DNA from: an uncultured Planctomycetales bacterium
GTDB lineage: Bacteria > Omnitrophota > Gorgyraeia > Gygaellales > Profunditerraquicolaceae
Length of the DNA: 64,000 nt
Assembly (NCBI GenBank): GCA_964645795.1
Contig: CAZYCL010000001.1
Coordinates: 31,194-95,193 of the forward strand
Direction of reading: 5' to 3'
The notes under the pieces are model-generated. The model did no database searches, was not told the origin of the DNA, and saw only the letters and a program-made list of their open reading frames with translations. How positions within the stretch are numbered: the first letter of the stretch is position 1; every line of letters begins with the position of its first letter. Position numbers and translations under genes: made by a program. This document shows positions 9,135 to 18,240 of the stretch, in pieces.

Positions 9135-10700
9135 CTATCCACCCTTGCAGGAAACAGTGAACTTGGCCACGGTGATTTCCTGTTCTTTGACCCTATCAAA
9201 AGCCTCCAGCTTTACTTCCTTGAAGTTACCCGAAAACCCCCTGTTCTCTCTGAGGTTGGCGACAAAACGATTGACGGCATCAAACTCCTTGTCGCTGTCG
9301 GCAAGGAACGCCGTCCCGAACATCCTCAACTCCATGCGCCCCTGGCTGTCCCTGTCCAGGTTGAAATCGGAAAGCCAGACGCCTTCGGGTATCGCCTTGG
9401 GGATGGCATCAAGGGTAAGAGTGATGCCTGTCTGGGCCTTCACCATATTCTCGAGGTTCTTGATCTTGTTCGAATATGTCGACCTCTTGCCCATCAGATC
9501 ATTGTAGCTGGCGTTAATATCTACGGTCTTGACGGCAGGCGTCTGCTTTACGATATCCTTTAGCTCCTGGCCGGCCTGCTGCACCCCGTAAAGACCGTAA
9601 CCGAACACGCCGCCCAGGATCAATATTCCGGCAGCGACCGCCCTATAGTCTATCCTGACCCCTTCCAGGAGAGCGGAGAGGTCGGTAGTGAAAGTCTTTT
9701 CCTTGACCGGCCTGGGCCGGTGCTTCAAGCCGACAATGTTTACCTTTACTTTAGTATGGACTACGCCGCGCAGCGCCGCGCTGTAAGCCCGGATGAGCCC
9801 GGAGGAGTAAACTCCCTGCTTGCCGATAAGCCTTGAAAGGTCCAGCGCGTGGATCCCGATGCCGGACTCGCTCATAAAAGCCTCTAATCCGGCTTTATGT
9901 TCGCTGCTGCCGTGGAAATAGATCTTTTTAATGTTTTTAGCGGGGTATTTGCGGTGATAGTAATCAAGGGATATGCGCAATTCGGTCTTGAGCTTATCTG
10001 AAAGGTCCCCCGGGCCGGATTGCTCAGGTACGGCTACGCTTTCCAGGAGCGGGTCAGCTCCGGCTATAAGGTTTATGTCGCGGCTGAATACCGGCAGTCC
10101 GCCTTCAAGTATGGTAAAGTTTATCTCCTCTTCGCTGTGAAGGTCGCCCTCCAGGACCCCTACGACCCCGGAGTCGTTGATACCGGCAAGCTTAAAGCTG
10201 CGCAGGACGCTGAAAGCCGAAAACTCAACTGCCGGGACCTTGATATTTAGCTGCGCCAGGAAGCTGAGGTGCCTTTCCAGGGCGTCTTTTTTTATTCCTA
10301 CAAATAGCACGCAGTTGCTCTTGCTGGACTTGTTAAACTCCGCCTGATAATCGGAAACCAGCTCATCGACCCTGAAAGGTATGTATTTCTTGGCTTCGAA
10401 GAACACCGCCTCGTGCAGCTCGTTTTTAGGCATCACCGGCATATCAAAGGTCCGGATTATCAGCTCCTTGCCCGGCAGGCAAAGCGTGGCTTCGCCGCCC
10501 TCTATCTTATTCTTTCTGAGCTCGCTCTTAAAAACGGCTATGGTTTCAATAGCGCTTATCTCGGCGTCCGATGAATCCTGCAGTTCATTAGATGGGGCCG
10601 CAGAAGGGGGCGTAATAAGAAAGCTGTTGAGCAGCTTTTTTGCTTTAGTCTCAACGATATGGACCTGCTTAGAACCAAAGTAAATACCTAAATGGTTCAT
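9135..10700 (-). CDS. pilMN: Fused PilM (actin-like ATPase) and PilN (TM plus periplasmic domain) protein
   Basis: 521 aa. The first ~330 aa have a PilM/FtsA-like pattern. A TM helix (AVAAGILILGGVFGYGLYGV) and a ~180 aa PilN-like periplasmic domain follow. Confidence 0.7.
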   Translation of the reverse strand: MNHLGIYFGSKQVHIVETKAKKLLNSFLITPPSAAPSNELQDSSDAEISAIETIAVFKSELRKNKIEGGEATLCLPGKELIIRTFDMPVMPKNELHEAVFFEAKKYIPFRVDELVSDYQAEFNKSSKSNCVLFVGIKKDALERHLSFLAQLNIKVPAVEFSAFSVLRSFKLAGINDSGVVGVLEGDLHSEEEINFTILEGGLPVFSRDINLIAGADPLLESVAVPEQSGPGDLSDKLKTELRISLDYYHRKYPAKNIKKIYFHGSSEHKAGLEAFMSESGIGIHALDLSRLIGKQGVYSSGLIRAYSAALRGVVHTKVKVNIVGLKHRPRPVKEKTFTTDLSALLEGVRIDYRAVAAGILILGGVFGYGLYGVQQAGQELKDIVKQTPAVKTVDINASYNDLMGKRSTYSNKIKNLENMVKAQTGITLTLDAIPKAIPEGVWLSDFNLDRDSQGRMELRMFGTAFLADSDKEFDAVNRFVANLRENRGFSGNFKEVKLEAFDRVKEQEITVAKFTVSCKGG

Positions 10701-10888
10701 TGTTCTCCTTCTGATTTCGAAACCCGCATCCTGCTCTTAAGCCAGGCATCGACCTGGCGGGTATCAAACCTCCAGACACCACCGACTTTTATACCGGTGA
10801 TCTTGCCCTGATGCAGCCAATTGTAGATAGTCTGCTTCTGGAGCTTTAAATAATCAGCTAATTCGTCTATATCGATCAACCTTTTCAT
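10697..10888 (-). CDS. Small helix-turn-helix DNA-binding protein (excisionase/AlpA/MerR-like HTH_17)
   Basis: 63 aa. The motif LADYLKLQKQTIYNWLHQGKITGIKVGGVWRFDTRQVDAWL is typical of Xis-type HTH proteins. The stop overlaps the pilMN start by 4 nt. Confidence 0.65.
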   Translation of the reverse strand: MKRLIDIDELADYLKLQKQTIYNWLHQGKITGIKVGGVWRFDTRQVDAWLKSRMRVSKSEGEQ

Positions 10889-10919
10889 AGTGGATTTCCC
10901 GAATCTTAATTGAACTCAA

Positions 10920-10948
10920 TTAAAACATAAAACAATTAACTTGTCAAG
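10920..10948 (-). promoter_or_regulatory. Candidate sigma70 promoter for the HTH-pilMNOPQBC operon (TTGACA-17-TTTAAT)
   Basis: Minus-strand sequence TTGACAagttaattgttttatgtTTTAAT lies in the AT-rich intergenic region. Confidence 0.3.
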
Positions 10949-10973
10949 TGTTTTTTTCTAAATATTTATCTAA

Positions 10974-11068
10974 ACTTACTTAGACTTACTTATGAGGTAA
11001 AAATAAAGCTAATTTGAATATAATCAAATGTAATATTAATATAATAGACTTACTTAGATTTACTTATC
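10974..11068. repeat. Two copies of a ~20-bp direct repeat, CTTACTTAGA(C/T)TTACTTAT, spaced ~70 bp apart upstream of the pil operon promoter
   Basis: ACTTACTTAGACTTACTTAT at 10974-10993 and GACTTACTTAGATTTACTTATC at 11046-11068. Each copy contains its own internal tandem half-repeat. Confidence 0.6.
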
Positions 11069-11124
11069 AAAATTGAAAGGTTTCGTATCTCTATGGGGAT
11101 TTCAATTAAAGGCGATAACGATAA

Positions 11125-11523
11125 CTAAGGAGTGTAGGTGTAAGTAGCGGTAGTCTTTATGCAGGCGGCGCTGCCGGCAGGGGCACTGGTGCAACCAGGC
11201 TGGCCAAGGGCGATAATCTGAATTGCTACTTGTTTACCGACCACTGATGACGGAAAGCTGGCATCGGAAAGGTTGCAGTCTCCGGGGGACGGACAGCTGG
11301 CCAAGGTGTAACCGTTTGGCGAGCCGATCCTGAGCATGTCCAGGGTATAAGCAATGCCTGCCTGAGCGGCATAATACGCTTGGACCCTGCTAACCTGATG
11401 ATGAGTCAACCTTGTCTGGCTGGTCATGGTATTAAGCACGACCAGCGCAAGGACAAAAACGATCGTAACGGTGACAAGGACAAAAAAGATCGCTATGGAG
11501 CTTCTGCTCCTTATATCAATCAT
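11125..11523 (-). CDS. PilX N-terminal domain-like pilus-associated membrane protein
   Basis: 132 aa. The N-terminal TM helix is followed by TSQTRLTHHQVSRVQAYYAAQAGI, resembling the PilX_N pattern. It is adjacent to the pil operon. Confidence 0.4.
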   Translation of the reverse strand: MIDIRSRSSIAIFFVLVTVTIVFVLALVVLNTMTSQTRLTHHQVSRVQAYYAAQAGIAYTLDMLRIGSPNGYTLASCPSPGDCNLSDASFPSSVVGKQVAIQIIALGQPGCTSAPAGSAACIKTTATYTYTP

Positions 11524-11722
11524 TCTTTCTTAGGGATATCCTGTAATCACCGTTGCCTTTGACAACGATGACGTGACCTTCTCTGGCCAACCACCCCAGG
11601 CTCATAAGGACGTTATCCCGGGGCCGGTCTATGCCTCCTGTCAGCTCGCCAAGCCCTACTTCGCCTCGCTGGTCCAAAAAATGCCAGATCTCCCCTGCCA
11701 CGATACCTATCTCGGTAATCAT
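11516..11722 (-). CDS. Small winged-helix DNA-binding-like protein
   Basis: 68 aa with a wHTH-like pattern (LGELTGGIDRPRDNVLMSLGWLAREGHV). Confidence 0.4.
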   Translation of the reverse strand: MITEIGIVAGEIWHFLDQRGEVGLGELTGGIDRPRDNVLMSLGWLAREGHVIVVKGNGDYRISLRKND

Positions 11723-11790
11723 TTGACCTCCGTAATACTACTATGTTGTTATATATTATAGAGTTAAAGAAATTACAGGTCAACAGGTTT

Positions 11791-12087
11791 TTAAGCGCCG
11801 GCTTCTTTCTTGTTGTAATTCGAGCACCTTGGGCACTTCGAAATAACCTCGTCCTTGACTGAAATATAGGTATAGGCACAGATCAAGCAGTGCCATACAA
11901 ATCTCTTCTCGATCTTAAACGCAGGTTTTTTAAGGTTTTCATAATAGATAAGCGATATGAAAGCCGCCGTGACGATCAATGTGAACGCTGATATTGCCCA
12001 ATAGAAGTCCAGTTTAATCATTGCCTTCCGAGAGTTCGATCTTAACCGTCTGCCACTCTGAAGCCTTAAAAGCTTCCCTATGGGCAA
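11791..12087 (-). CDS. Small membrane protein with a C-terminal zinc-ribbon (C..C...C..C). The start is possibly the internal MIKLDF
   Basis: It has a TM helix and the motif WHCLICAYTY...CPRCSNYNKK. Confidence 0.35.
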   Translation of the reverse strand: MPIGKLLRLQSGRRLRSNSRKAMIKLDFYWAISAFTLIVTAAFISLIYYENLKKPAFKIEKRFVWHCLICAYTYISVKDEVISKCPRCSNYNKKEAGA

Positions 12088-12676
12088 AGAGGTAGTTGAG
12101 GATATAGCGCTTGCACAGCAGGTCAGCTTCCAGATTGCCGGAAGATACCTTTCTCTTTACCACAGGTAGCATCATTGATTCGGAAACCGTAAGCATATTA
12201 AAAGCCAGCTCTACGTGGGCCGTCTGCCGGTCCTTGAAGTAAAGCCTGAAGCTCGACGGAAGAATGGGGTGGAAAACAAATACCGGAGGCCTTGCCTTCT
12301 GCCTGACGAAATATTCAAGAGACTCACTAAAGGCATGATCCTGCTTGACACTACCCGTATCAACGAAATAAAGGGGCTTGAGTACATAAGCAGCCATTAT
12401 CCTGGTGTGCTCCCGGTATTTTCGGCCCGCAACGGACCGGTCCATGAGCTTCAGGCTTATTGACCGCAGGAAATCTGAAGCCGGCCCTTGCCTTGCTGTA
12501 TATGAACCGGTTCCGGCAGATTCTTTCAGTTCGAAATCAGGCAGGATCCTGCCAAGAAACCGCACGCTTAGGGCCCGGGGAAGAGGTGGCCTGACAAATG
12601 AAAAAGCCAGGAGGCTGAATACCGACAGATGGACGAACAAAGAAAAAGACAGGGCGTTCTTCAAGAAAAGCTTCAT
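12014..12676 (-). CDS. Hypothetical N-terminally anchored protein in the position of TonB/TolA, next to exbBD
   Basis: 220 aa with an N-terminal TM/signal segment. It shows no recognisable TonB C-terminal signature. It directly follows exbD. Confidence 0.45.
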   Translation of the reverse strand: MKLFLKNALSFSLFVHLSVFSLLAFSFVRPPLPRALSVRFLGRILPDFELKESAGTGSYTARQGPASDFLRSISLKLMDRSVAGRKYREHTRIMAAYVLKPLYFVDTGSVKQDHAFSESLEYFVRQKARPPVFVFHPILPSSFRLYFKDRQTAHVELAFNMLTVSESMMLPVVKRKVSSGNLEADLLCKRYILNYLFAHREAFKASEWQTVKIELSEGND

Positions 12677-12677
12677 C

Positions 12678-13082
12678 TTAACGGTTAGTAGCGATGTTTA
12701 GGTGTGTGATGCCTTTGGCTTTAGCCAGATCGCAGATCTGAGAGATCCTGCCCAGCGAAGCCTTCTTATCGGATTTGACTAACAAGGCGTACTTCCTGGC
12801 GCAGAGCTGCTCAAAAAGACGGCCAAGCTCTTCAATGCTGACCTGCCTGCTGTTTAAGTATATGTCATCCGCTGAGTTTACGGACAATACTATATTCTCG
12901 TAGATCATGCCGTCCGAGGTTACAACTCTGGGCAGGCCAAGCGAAAGACCCCCTCCTAACAGCATAAGGCCGCAGGCCATCGCCAGAAAGATCAGCAGCA
13001 GAAAGACTGTATTGATGAACGGGATAACGGACACCTGGCTTGGTCCCGGTAGGTTTTGAGCCCTGGGTCTAAACCTCATCAC
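12678..13082 (-). CDS. exbD: Biopolymer transport protein ExbD/TolR
   Basis: 134 aa with a single TM helix (VIPFINTVFLLLIFLAMA) and a periplasmic domain. It is downstream of exbB. Confidence 0.75.
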   Translation of the reverse strand: MMRFRPRAQNLPGPSQVSVIPFINTVFLLLIFLAMACGLMLLGGGLSLGLPRVVTSDGMIYENIVLSVNSADDIYLNSRQVSIEELGRLFEQLCARKYALLVKSDKKASLGRISQICDLAKAKGITHLNIATNR

Positions 13083-13091
13083 AACCCCCGA

Positions 13092-13718
13092 TCATTCCGT
13101 TATCAGGTTCAGAAAATCCGAAGACGCCATCTCTATGTCGCGCGCTATCGACTGGACGCGGCCGGAAAAATAAGCGTGGGCCACAAATACCAGGATAGCC
13201 AGAGTAAGACCGGAGATCGCCGGTATAAAAGCTTCCCATATGCCGAGGATAAGGCCTGCGGCCAGGACAACATCATTACCCTGGATACGTGCGCCTACTG
13301 CTTGAAAGCACCTGGCCAAAGCAGTCAAGCTCCCCAGAAACCCTAAAAGCGGCAAGATGTTGAAGATTATCGCCAGAATATTAAGGTTCTTTTCAAGCCC
13401 CGGGAGCTCGTAATCCGCGCTGTCTTCCATCGCCTCCCTTATCTGGGAACGCGGCTGGTCGTACCTGAGGAGCCCGGCCTTAAGGATATTGGCCAAAGGC
13501 AGCCTTGCCTTTTCGCATAGATCCAGGGCTTCTTTTATATCGTGCCTCTTGATCTTCTCGAGGACATCGCCCAGGAACCGGGGCGTATGTTTTTTCAGGT
13601 AATAAAAATATCCGAACTTGTCTATTATCGCCGCAAGCGCCAGAACCGAACAGAGCAGGATCGGCCACATAAACACCCCGCCCATAAGCATCAGCCTCCA
13701 TAGATTCACTGTCTCCAT
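13092..13718 (-). CDS. exbB: MotA/TolQ/ExbB proton-channel family protein
   Basis: 208 aa with three TM segments and the conserved C-terminal region (LTALARCFQAVGA...GIWEAFIPAISGLTLAILVFVAH). Confidence 0.75.
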   Translation of the reverse strand: METVNLWRLMLMGGVFMWPILLCSVLALAAIIDKFGYFYYLKKHTPRFLGDVLEKIKRHDIKEALDLCEKARLPLANILKAGLLRYDQPRSQIREAMEDSADYELPGLEKNLNILAIIFNILPLLGFLGSLTALARCFQAVGARIQGNDVVLAAGLILGIWEAFIPAISGLTLAILVFVAHAYFSGRVQSIARDIEMASSDFLNLITE

Positions 13719-13733
13719 GATCGCACCTCGCCT

Positions 13734-16232
13734 CTATTTATATTTGGTGTTCGCAGTTATCCAATCAACGCGCTCTTCGGCGTACTTAGACTCCTCTGCC
13801 CCGCTGGAAATCACCTTCCTGTAAACAGCCAGCGCCTCACGGAACTTCTCCCTGGACTCATGGATCTGAGCGACCCTTAGGAGCGCCTTCACATTCAGGG
13901 AATCGTCTTCCCCATGAAGATAGGTAACCTTCAAATACTCCTCTACGGCTTCATGGAACATGTTCTGCGCCTGCAGTACCTCGGCTATTTTGAACTGCAG
14001 GACCGGCATCTCCTTAAGCGGGGCCATCTCCAGACTCTTGCGATAGTAATCGAGAGCCTCTCGGTAATTTCCGAGTTTGAAGTATATATCCGCCATTTTC
14101 GGATAAATGATATGCGCAAAGTTAGGATAGGAGCTCAAGACATCTTTGTAAGAATTCAAGGCGTAGTCGGTACTGCCTTGCCTTAAATGGATGTCAGCGA
14201 TGGCAATGGAAGCCTTGGCCGCCGAGTCCGCTCCGGAGAGGCTTACAACCATATTAAGCTTCTCTATGGCCTCGCCGAACCGCCCCTCCTCTGCCAGTAT
14301 CGAACCAAGGACGTAATAAGCATCAACGAGCAGGTTACTCTGCCCAAAATCGTTTATCAAGGAGGAAAAATACCTTTTGCTTACATCTAAATCGTTATGC
14401 CTGTAATAGTATTCTCCGAGCCACCAGATGACCTCCGCGGTAAGACCAGACTGCGGATACTTGGTCCGTAAGGACTTAAAACGTTTTAAGGCTTCCTCCT
14501 CCTGCCCCATCTGATAATAGCAGTCGGCGATCTCGTATTCGGCTTTCTGCATCAGCTCGTTATCCTGGCCGAACTTCTTCATAACGTTCTCAAAGGCCGT
14601 TATCGCCTCGGGGTACTTGCCGAGGTTGAAAAAGCTCGACCCCAATAGATACAGGGCCTGAGGCTTTAAGCTGCTGTCTTTAAAATCGGCCTGAAACCCT
14701 TCGAATACTTCGCGGCTGGCATTGTAATCCTGTTTCTGGAAATAAGCCAGGCCAAGGGCATAAACGCCTTCGTCTAAAAGCTTAGACCCGGGGAAATTGT
14801 TCTTCAAGGCAAGGAACATGGTGATAGCCGCATCGTAATTTGAAGATTTAAGCATGCTTATGCCCAATTGATACTGGACATAGTCGCCGTAAAAGCTGTC
14901 GGGGTAGTCGATCAGTATGGCGTTGTAAGTTTCCCTGGCCTTCTCATAATCTCCCGAGTCCTGATAGGCATCGCCTATCTGACAAAGCGCGCTTACTTTT
15001 ATTATCTTGTCATCGGTTCCTTTGACGATCTTCTGGAACTCTTTTATCCCCTCCCTGAACTCGCCCTGCTTTAAGTAAGCCCAGGCAAGCCCGTAATGCA
15101 ATTTATCGACAAGGTCGGTCGCTATGCCCGGGCCCCATTCTTTTTTCAAGGCCTCTTTATAGGTATTTACCGCTTCTTCGTAAGAAGAGAGATTATAAAG
15201 CGCGTTGGCCTTGCCGGAGTAGGCCTCTAAAAGGATCGGCTGATCGCCCAGCCCCGCATCCAGTATCTTATCATATAGCTCCCTAGCCTCCGATGACCTG
15301 CCGGTATCCGTAAGGAGCGTCGCCTTTGCTAACATCAAAATGTACCTGCTCCTGTCGTCGAGCTGTGCGGCCTTTATTTCTTCGAGCGATCTTTGAGCGT
15401 CATCGTAACGCTTTAACTTAATATACGACCAGCCCATGCCCAGGCCGCAAAGGGCTTTAAGCTTAACGTCTTTTGTGGAAGCGATCGCCTTTGAGTAAAG
15501 ATTGACGGCCTCGTTAACATTATTGAGGTAATACTCGGCCTCAGCCAGGTAAAAGTTGACATACTCCAAACGCTGGCCATCCCTGGAATACGTCTTTAAG
15601 TGGGTCATGGCTTTTTCTCTGAGGCCCGGGTAGTCTTTTAGATTATAAAGGCATTCGATGGTCTTGAACGAAGAATCCTGGGCCTGTGACTCCTTAGGAT
15701 ACCTGTCCTCAACAATCTTGAAATAGCCGCAGGCCTCGGCGAATTTACCTTCCTGGAACAGGCACCAGCCCAGCGAATAATACGAAGCGGGGACATAGGC
15801 CGAGTTGGGGAACCTTTCGGTTATTTGCTTATAGTAATCAGCGGCTTTTTTCAGGTTATTGCCTTTAAAGTGGGTCTCCGCCAGCCAATACAGGACGGCA
15901 TCCTCCAGGCGGCCGGCATACTTTTGATCCAGCAGGCCTTCAAGCCTGCTCAGGGCTTCGCTGTATTTGTTCTGCTGGAACAGGGACCTGGCAATCAGAA
16001 GCTCGACCTCTGCCTTACGGCTTGAAGCCGGATAATTCTTAAGGAAACGCTCCAGCAGCCCTATGCTTACCTCATAAAAACCGTCCTCAAAGGCCTTTTT
16101 GGCGACGAACAGCGACTCTTCCTCTTTGGCGTTATTTACCTGGGCATAACAGGTCTTGACCGGGACCTGCTGCGCCACAGGCAGCAAAAGCATGAGCGTA
16201 AAACAACATAATATGGCTGCGAGTCGATTCAT
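13734..16232 (-). CDS. Secreted multi-TPR repeat protein (YbgF/CpoB-like context)
   Basis: 832 aa with a signal peptide and more than 15 TPR-like units throughout. It is upstream of exbBD. Confidence 0.85.
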   Translation of the reverse strand: MNRLAAILCCFTLMLLLPVAQQVPVKTCYAQVNNAKEEESLFVAKKAFEDGFYEVSIGLLERFLKNYPASSRKAEVELLIARSLFQQNKYSEALSRLEGLLDQKYAGRLEDAVLYWLAETHFKGNNLKKAADYYKQITERFPNSAYVPASYYSLGWCLFQEGKFAEACGYFKIVEDRYPKESQAQDSSFKTIECLYNLKDYPGLREKAMTHLKTYSRDGQRLEYVNFYLAEAEYYLNNVNEAVNLYSKAIASTKDVKLKALCGLGMGWSYIKLKRYDDAQRSLEEIKAAQLDDRSRYILMLAKATLLTDTGRSSEARELYDKILDAGLGDQPILLEAYSGKANALYNLSSYEEAVNTYKEALKKEWGPGIATDLVDKLHYGLAWAYLKQGEFREGIKEFQKIVKGTDDKIIKVSALCQIGDAYQDSGDYEKARETYNAILIDYPDSFYGDYVQYQLGISMLKSSNYDAAITMFLALKNNFPGSKLLDEGVYALGLAYFQKQDYNASREVFEGFQADFKDSSLKPQALYLLGSSFFNLGKYPEAITAFENVMKKFGQDNELMQKAEYEIADCYYQMGQEEEALKRFKSLRTKYPQSGLTAEVIWWLGEYYYRHNDLDVSKRYFSSLINDFGQSNLLVDAYYVLGSILAEEGRFGEAIEKLNMVVSLSGADSAAKASIAIADIHLRQGSTDYALNSYKDVLSSYPNFAHIIYPKMADIYFKLGNYREALDYYRKSLEMAPLKEMPVLQFKIAEVLQAQNMFHEAVEEYLKVTYLHGEDDSLNVKALLRVAQIHESREKFREALAVYRKVISSGAEESKYAEERVDWITANTKYK

Positions 16233-17407
16233 TATCGTATCTTTCTGGCGGGCCTATTTCTCGAAATAGATTTCTGCAGACCAAGGACCTGGCCGTGCCG
16301 CCATTCTTTTTCCTCCTTTAAAACATCATCGGCCAAACGATATGCCGCGGTATGCGGCCGGGGTGAGTATTTGAAGATAAAGGCGGCGTCGAACTTGACG
16401 CTTTCGACCAATACGCAAGTCTTGCGGAAATCATCCTGCGTCTCTCCCGGAAAACCCACGATAATATCGGTCGTCAGGACGCCTCCAGTTACAATTTTAC
16501 GATACTTATCGCATAAATCCAAGTAGATTTTTCTGCTGTATCCCCGGTTCATCGCCCTGAGAATCCTGTCAGAGCCTGATTGCACCGGCAGATGAAGGTA
16601 TTTTTTAAGGTTCGGGGTGTCGCGCATGAGCTTGAAAAGTTCCTCGGTCGTATCTTTAGGGTGGGAAGTAATGAACCCGAGCTCTTCAACCCCCGAAATC
16701 GCGCTTACTTTTCTCAAGAGGCCCGTAAAGTTAATCCTGGCCTGGCGCCAGGCGTTCACGTTCTGACCAAGGAGCGTAAATGAACTGATGCCTTTGGCTG
16801 CCCCTTCCTTTACCTCAGCGATAACATCGTTGAGCCTGCGATGACGCAGCGGCCCGCGGACATAAGGGACTATGCAATATGAACAATGGTTGGAGCAGCC
16901 TTCCGAAACCACTACAAAAGCATGGCGTTTATCTTCATGAAAACCGGTATGATATATATGATCGGGCCTAGACGCACCGTCAGTCTCCCTGATCCCGGGT
17001 CCAAGGCGCCGCCTGTTATTGCCGCCTCCAGCGGCTGCTGCGGCGGCGGACCGGCCAGGCGCATCAAAGATCCTTCTTATCAGATGCGGGATCTTATCTA
17101 TATCGGATGGGCCGCTCACAAAATCCAGGCTGCGGCAAAGCTTGAAAGCATCATCTTTATGGCTCTGCGCCATGCATCCGGCAAGGCCGATCACGGGCTT
17201 ATTCTTAAGCTTAGCAACCCTTCCAATCTCAGACCAGACCTTATCCTCGGCGTGCTGACGGACAGAACAGGTGTTAAAGATAACGGCATCCGCCCTGGCC
17301 GGATCATCGCATAACCGAAAACCTTCTTTCTTTAGCAGGCCGCGGATGACCTCCGAATCCCGCACGTTCATCTGGCAGCCGAAAGTCCGGATAAAGACTT
17401 TTTTCAT
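16232..17407 (-). CDS. MiaB/RimO-family radical SAM methylthiotransferase (start likely MKKVFIRTFGCQMN)
   Basis: It has a UPF0004 N-domain (FGCQMN, NTCSVR) and a radical SAM CSNHCSYC motif. A poly-Ala/Gly low-complexity insertion is present. The C-terminal TRAM region is short. Confidence 0.75.
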   Translation of the reverse strand: MKKVFIRTFGCQMNVRDSEVIRGLLKKEGFRLCDDPARADAVIFNTCSVRQHAEDKVWSEIGRVAKLKNKPVIGLAGCMAQSHKDDAFKLCRSLDFVSGPSDIDKIPHLIRRIFDAPGRSAAAAAAGGGNNRRRLGPGIRETDGASRPDHIYHTGFHEDKRHAFVVVSEGCSNHCSYCIVPYVRGPLRHRRLNDVIAEVKEGAAKGISSFTLLGQNVNAWRQARINFTGLLRKVSAISGVEELGFITSHPKDTTEELFKLMRDTPNLKKYLHLPVQSGSDRILRAMNRGYSRKIYLDLCDKYRKIVTGGVLTTDIIVGFPGETQDDFRKTCVLVESVKFDAAFIFKYSPRPHTAAYRLADDVLKEEKEWRHGQVLGLQKSISRNRPARKIR

Positions 17408-17444
17408 ACCTTTATGCATCCCGTTTCCTTGCGATATTACGCGG

Positions 17445-18206
17445 CTATTTTTGCGCAACGACAAGCATTTGAAAATCTTCGGGGGTCAGCTTATCGCCCC
17501 TTGAGAACGCCCCAAGCTTTGCGCCGAAGATCTCGATCTTAGCGAACCCGAGGCTTTTAAGAAGCCCGGTTATTTCGCTGGGCACGTAATAACGCTCACT
17601 GCACTTAAGCTCCCGCTTATTGCCGGAATCGTCCTCAAAAACAACGGTGTTATGATCACGGAAAGTCATCAGATCAAAGGAACAGTCCTTGCATTGGGAC
17701 TGGCCTTCTTTGTGCGCCGACTCATAGAATTCCTTGACCGAATGAAACAGCGGGAACAATCCGTTTAATGTGTTAAATATCAATTTACCGTTATCTTTTA
17801 ATGCCTTCTTAGCGCTCTTGAGAATATCAAAATTCATTTCGTCCGTTTCCATAAGAGAAAACCCGCCTTCGCATATCATAATTGCCAGATCGAATTCACC
17901 TTCAAACGCAAGATTGCGGGCATCTTGTGTTTGGAAGTCGATGGTCAAGTGCGCGTCTTTGGCTTTCTGCCTTGCCCTTCTGATCTGATTCTCGGAAAGA
18001 TCAACACCGGTAACATTATATCCCCTCTTTGTCAACTCAATCGCATGACGGCCGGTACCGCAGCCGATATCCAATATTTTTAGCGATTTATCGCGACTTA
18101 TTTCTTCTTCGATAAAATCGCATTCGCCCACAGTGCCCTGAACAAAAGGTTCTTTGTCGTATTTGTGGGCATAATTTTCAAATAATGATTCGTACCATTG
18201 CTTCAT
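17445..18206 (-). CDS. Class I SAM-dependent methyltransferase
   Basis: Motif I ILDIGCGTGRH. 253 aa. Confidence 0.7.
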   Translation of the reverse strand: MKQWYESLFENYAHKYDKEPFVQGTVGECDFIEEEISRDKSLKILDIGCGTGRHAIELTKRGYNVTGVDLSENQIRRARQKAKDAHLTIDFQTQDARNLAFEGEFDLAIMICEGGFSLMETDEMNFDILKSAKKALKDNGKLIFNTLNGLFPLFHSVKEFYESAHKEGQSQCKDCSFDLMTFRDHNTVVFEDDSGNKRELKCSERYYVPSEITGLLKSLGFAKIEIFGAKLGAFSRGDKLTPEDFQMLVVAQK

Positions 18207-18240
18207 CGCCGTCTCCCCTGTTTAAGCATATAACAGATGA

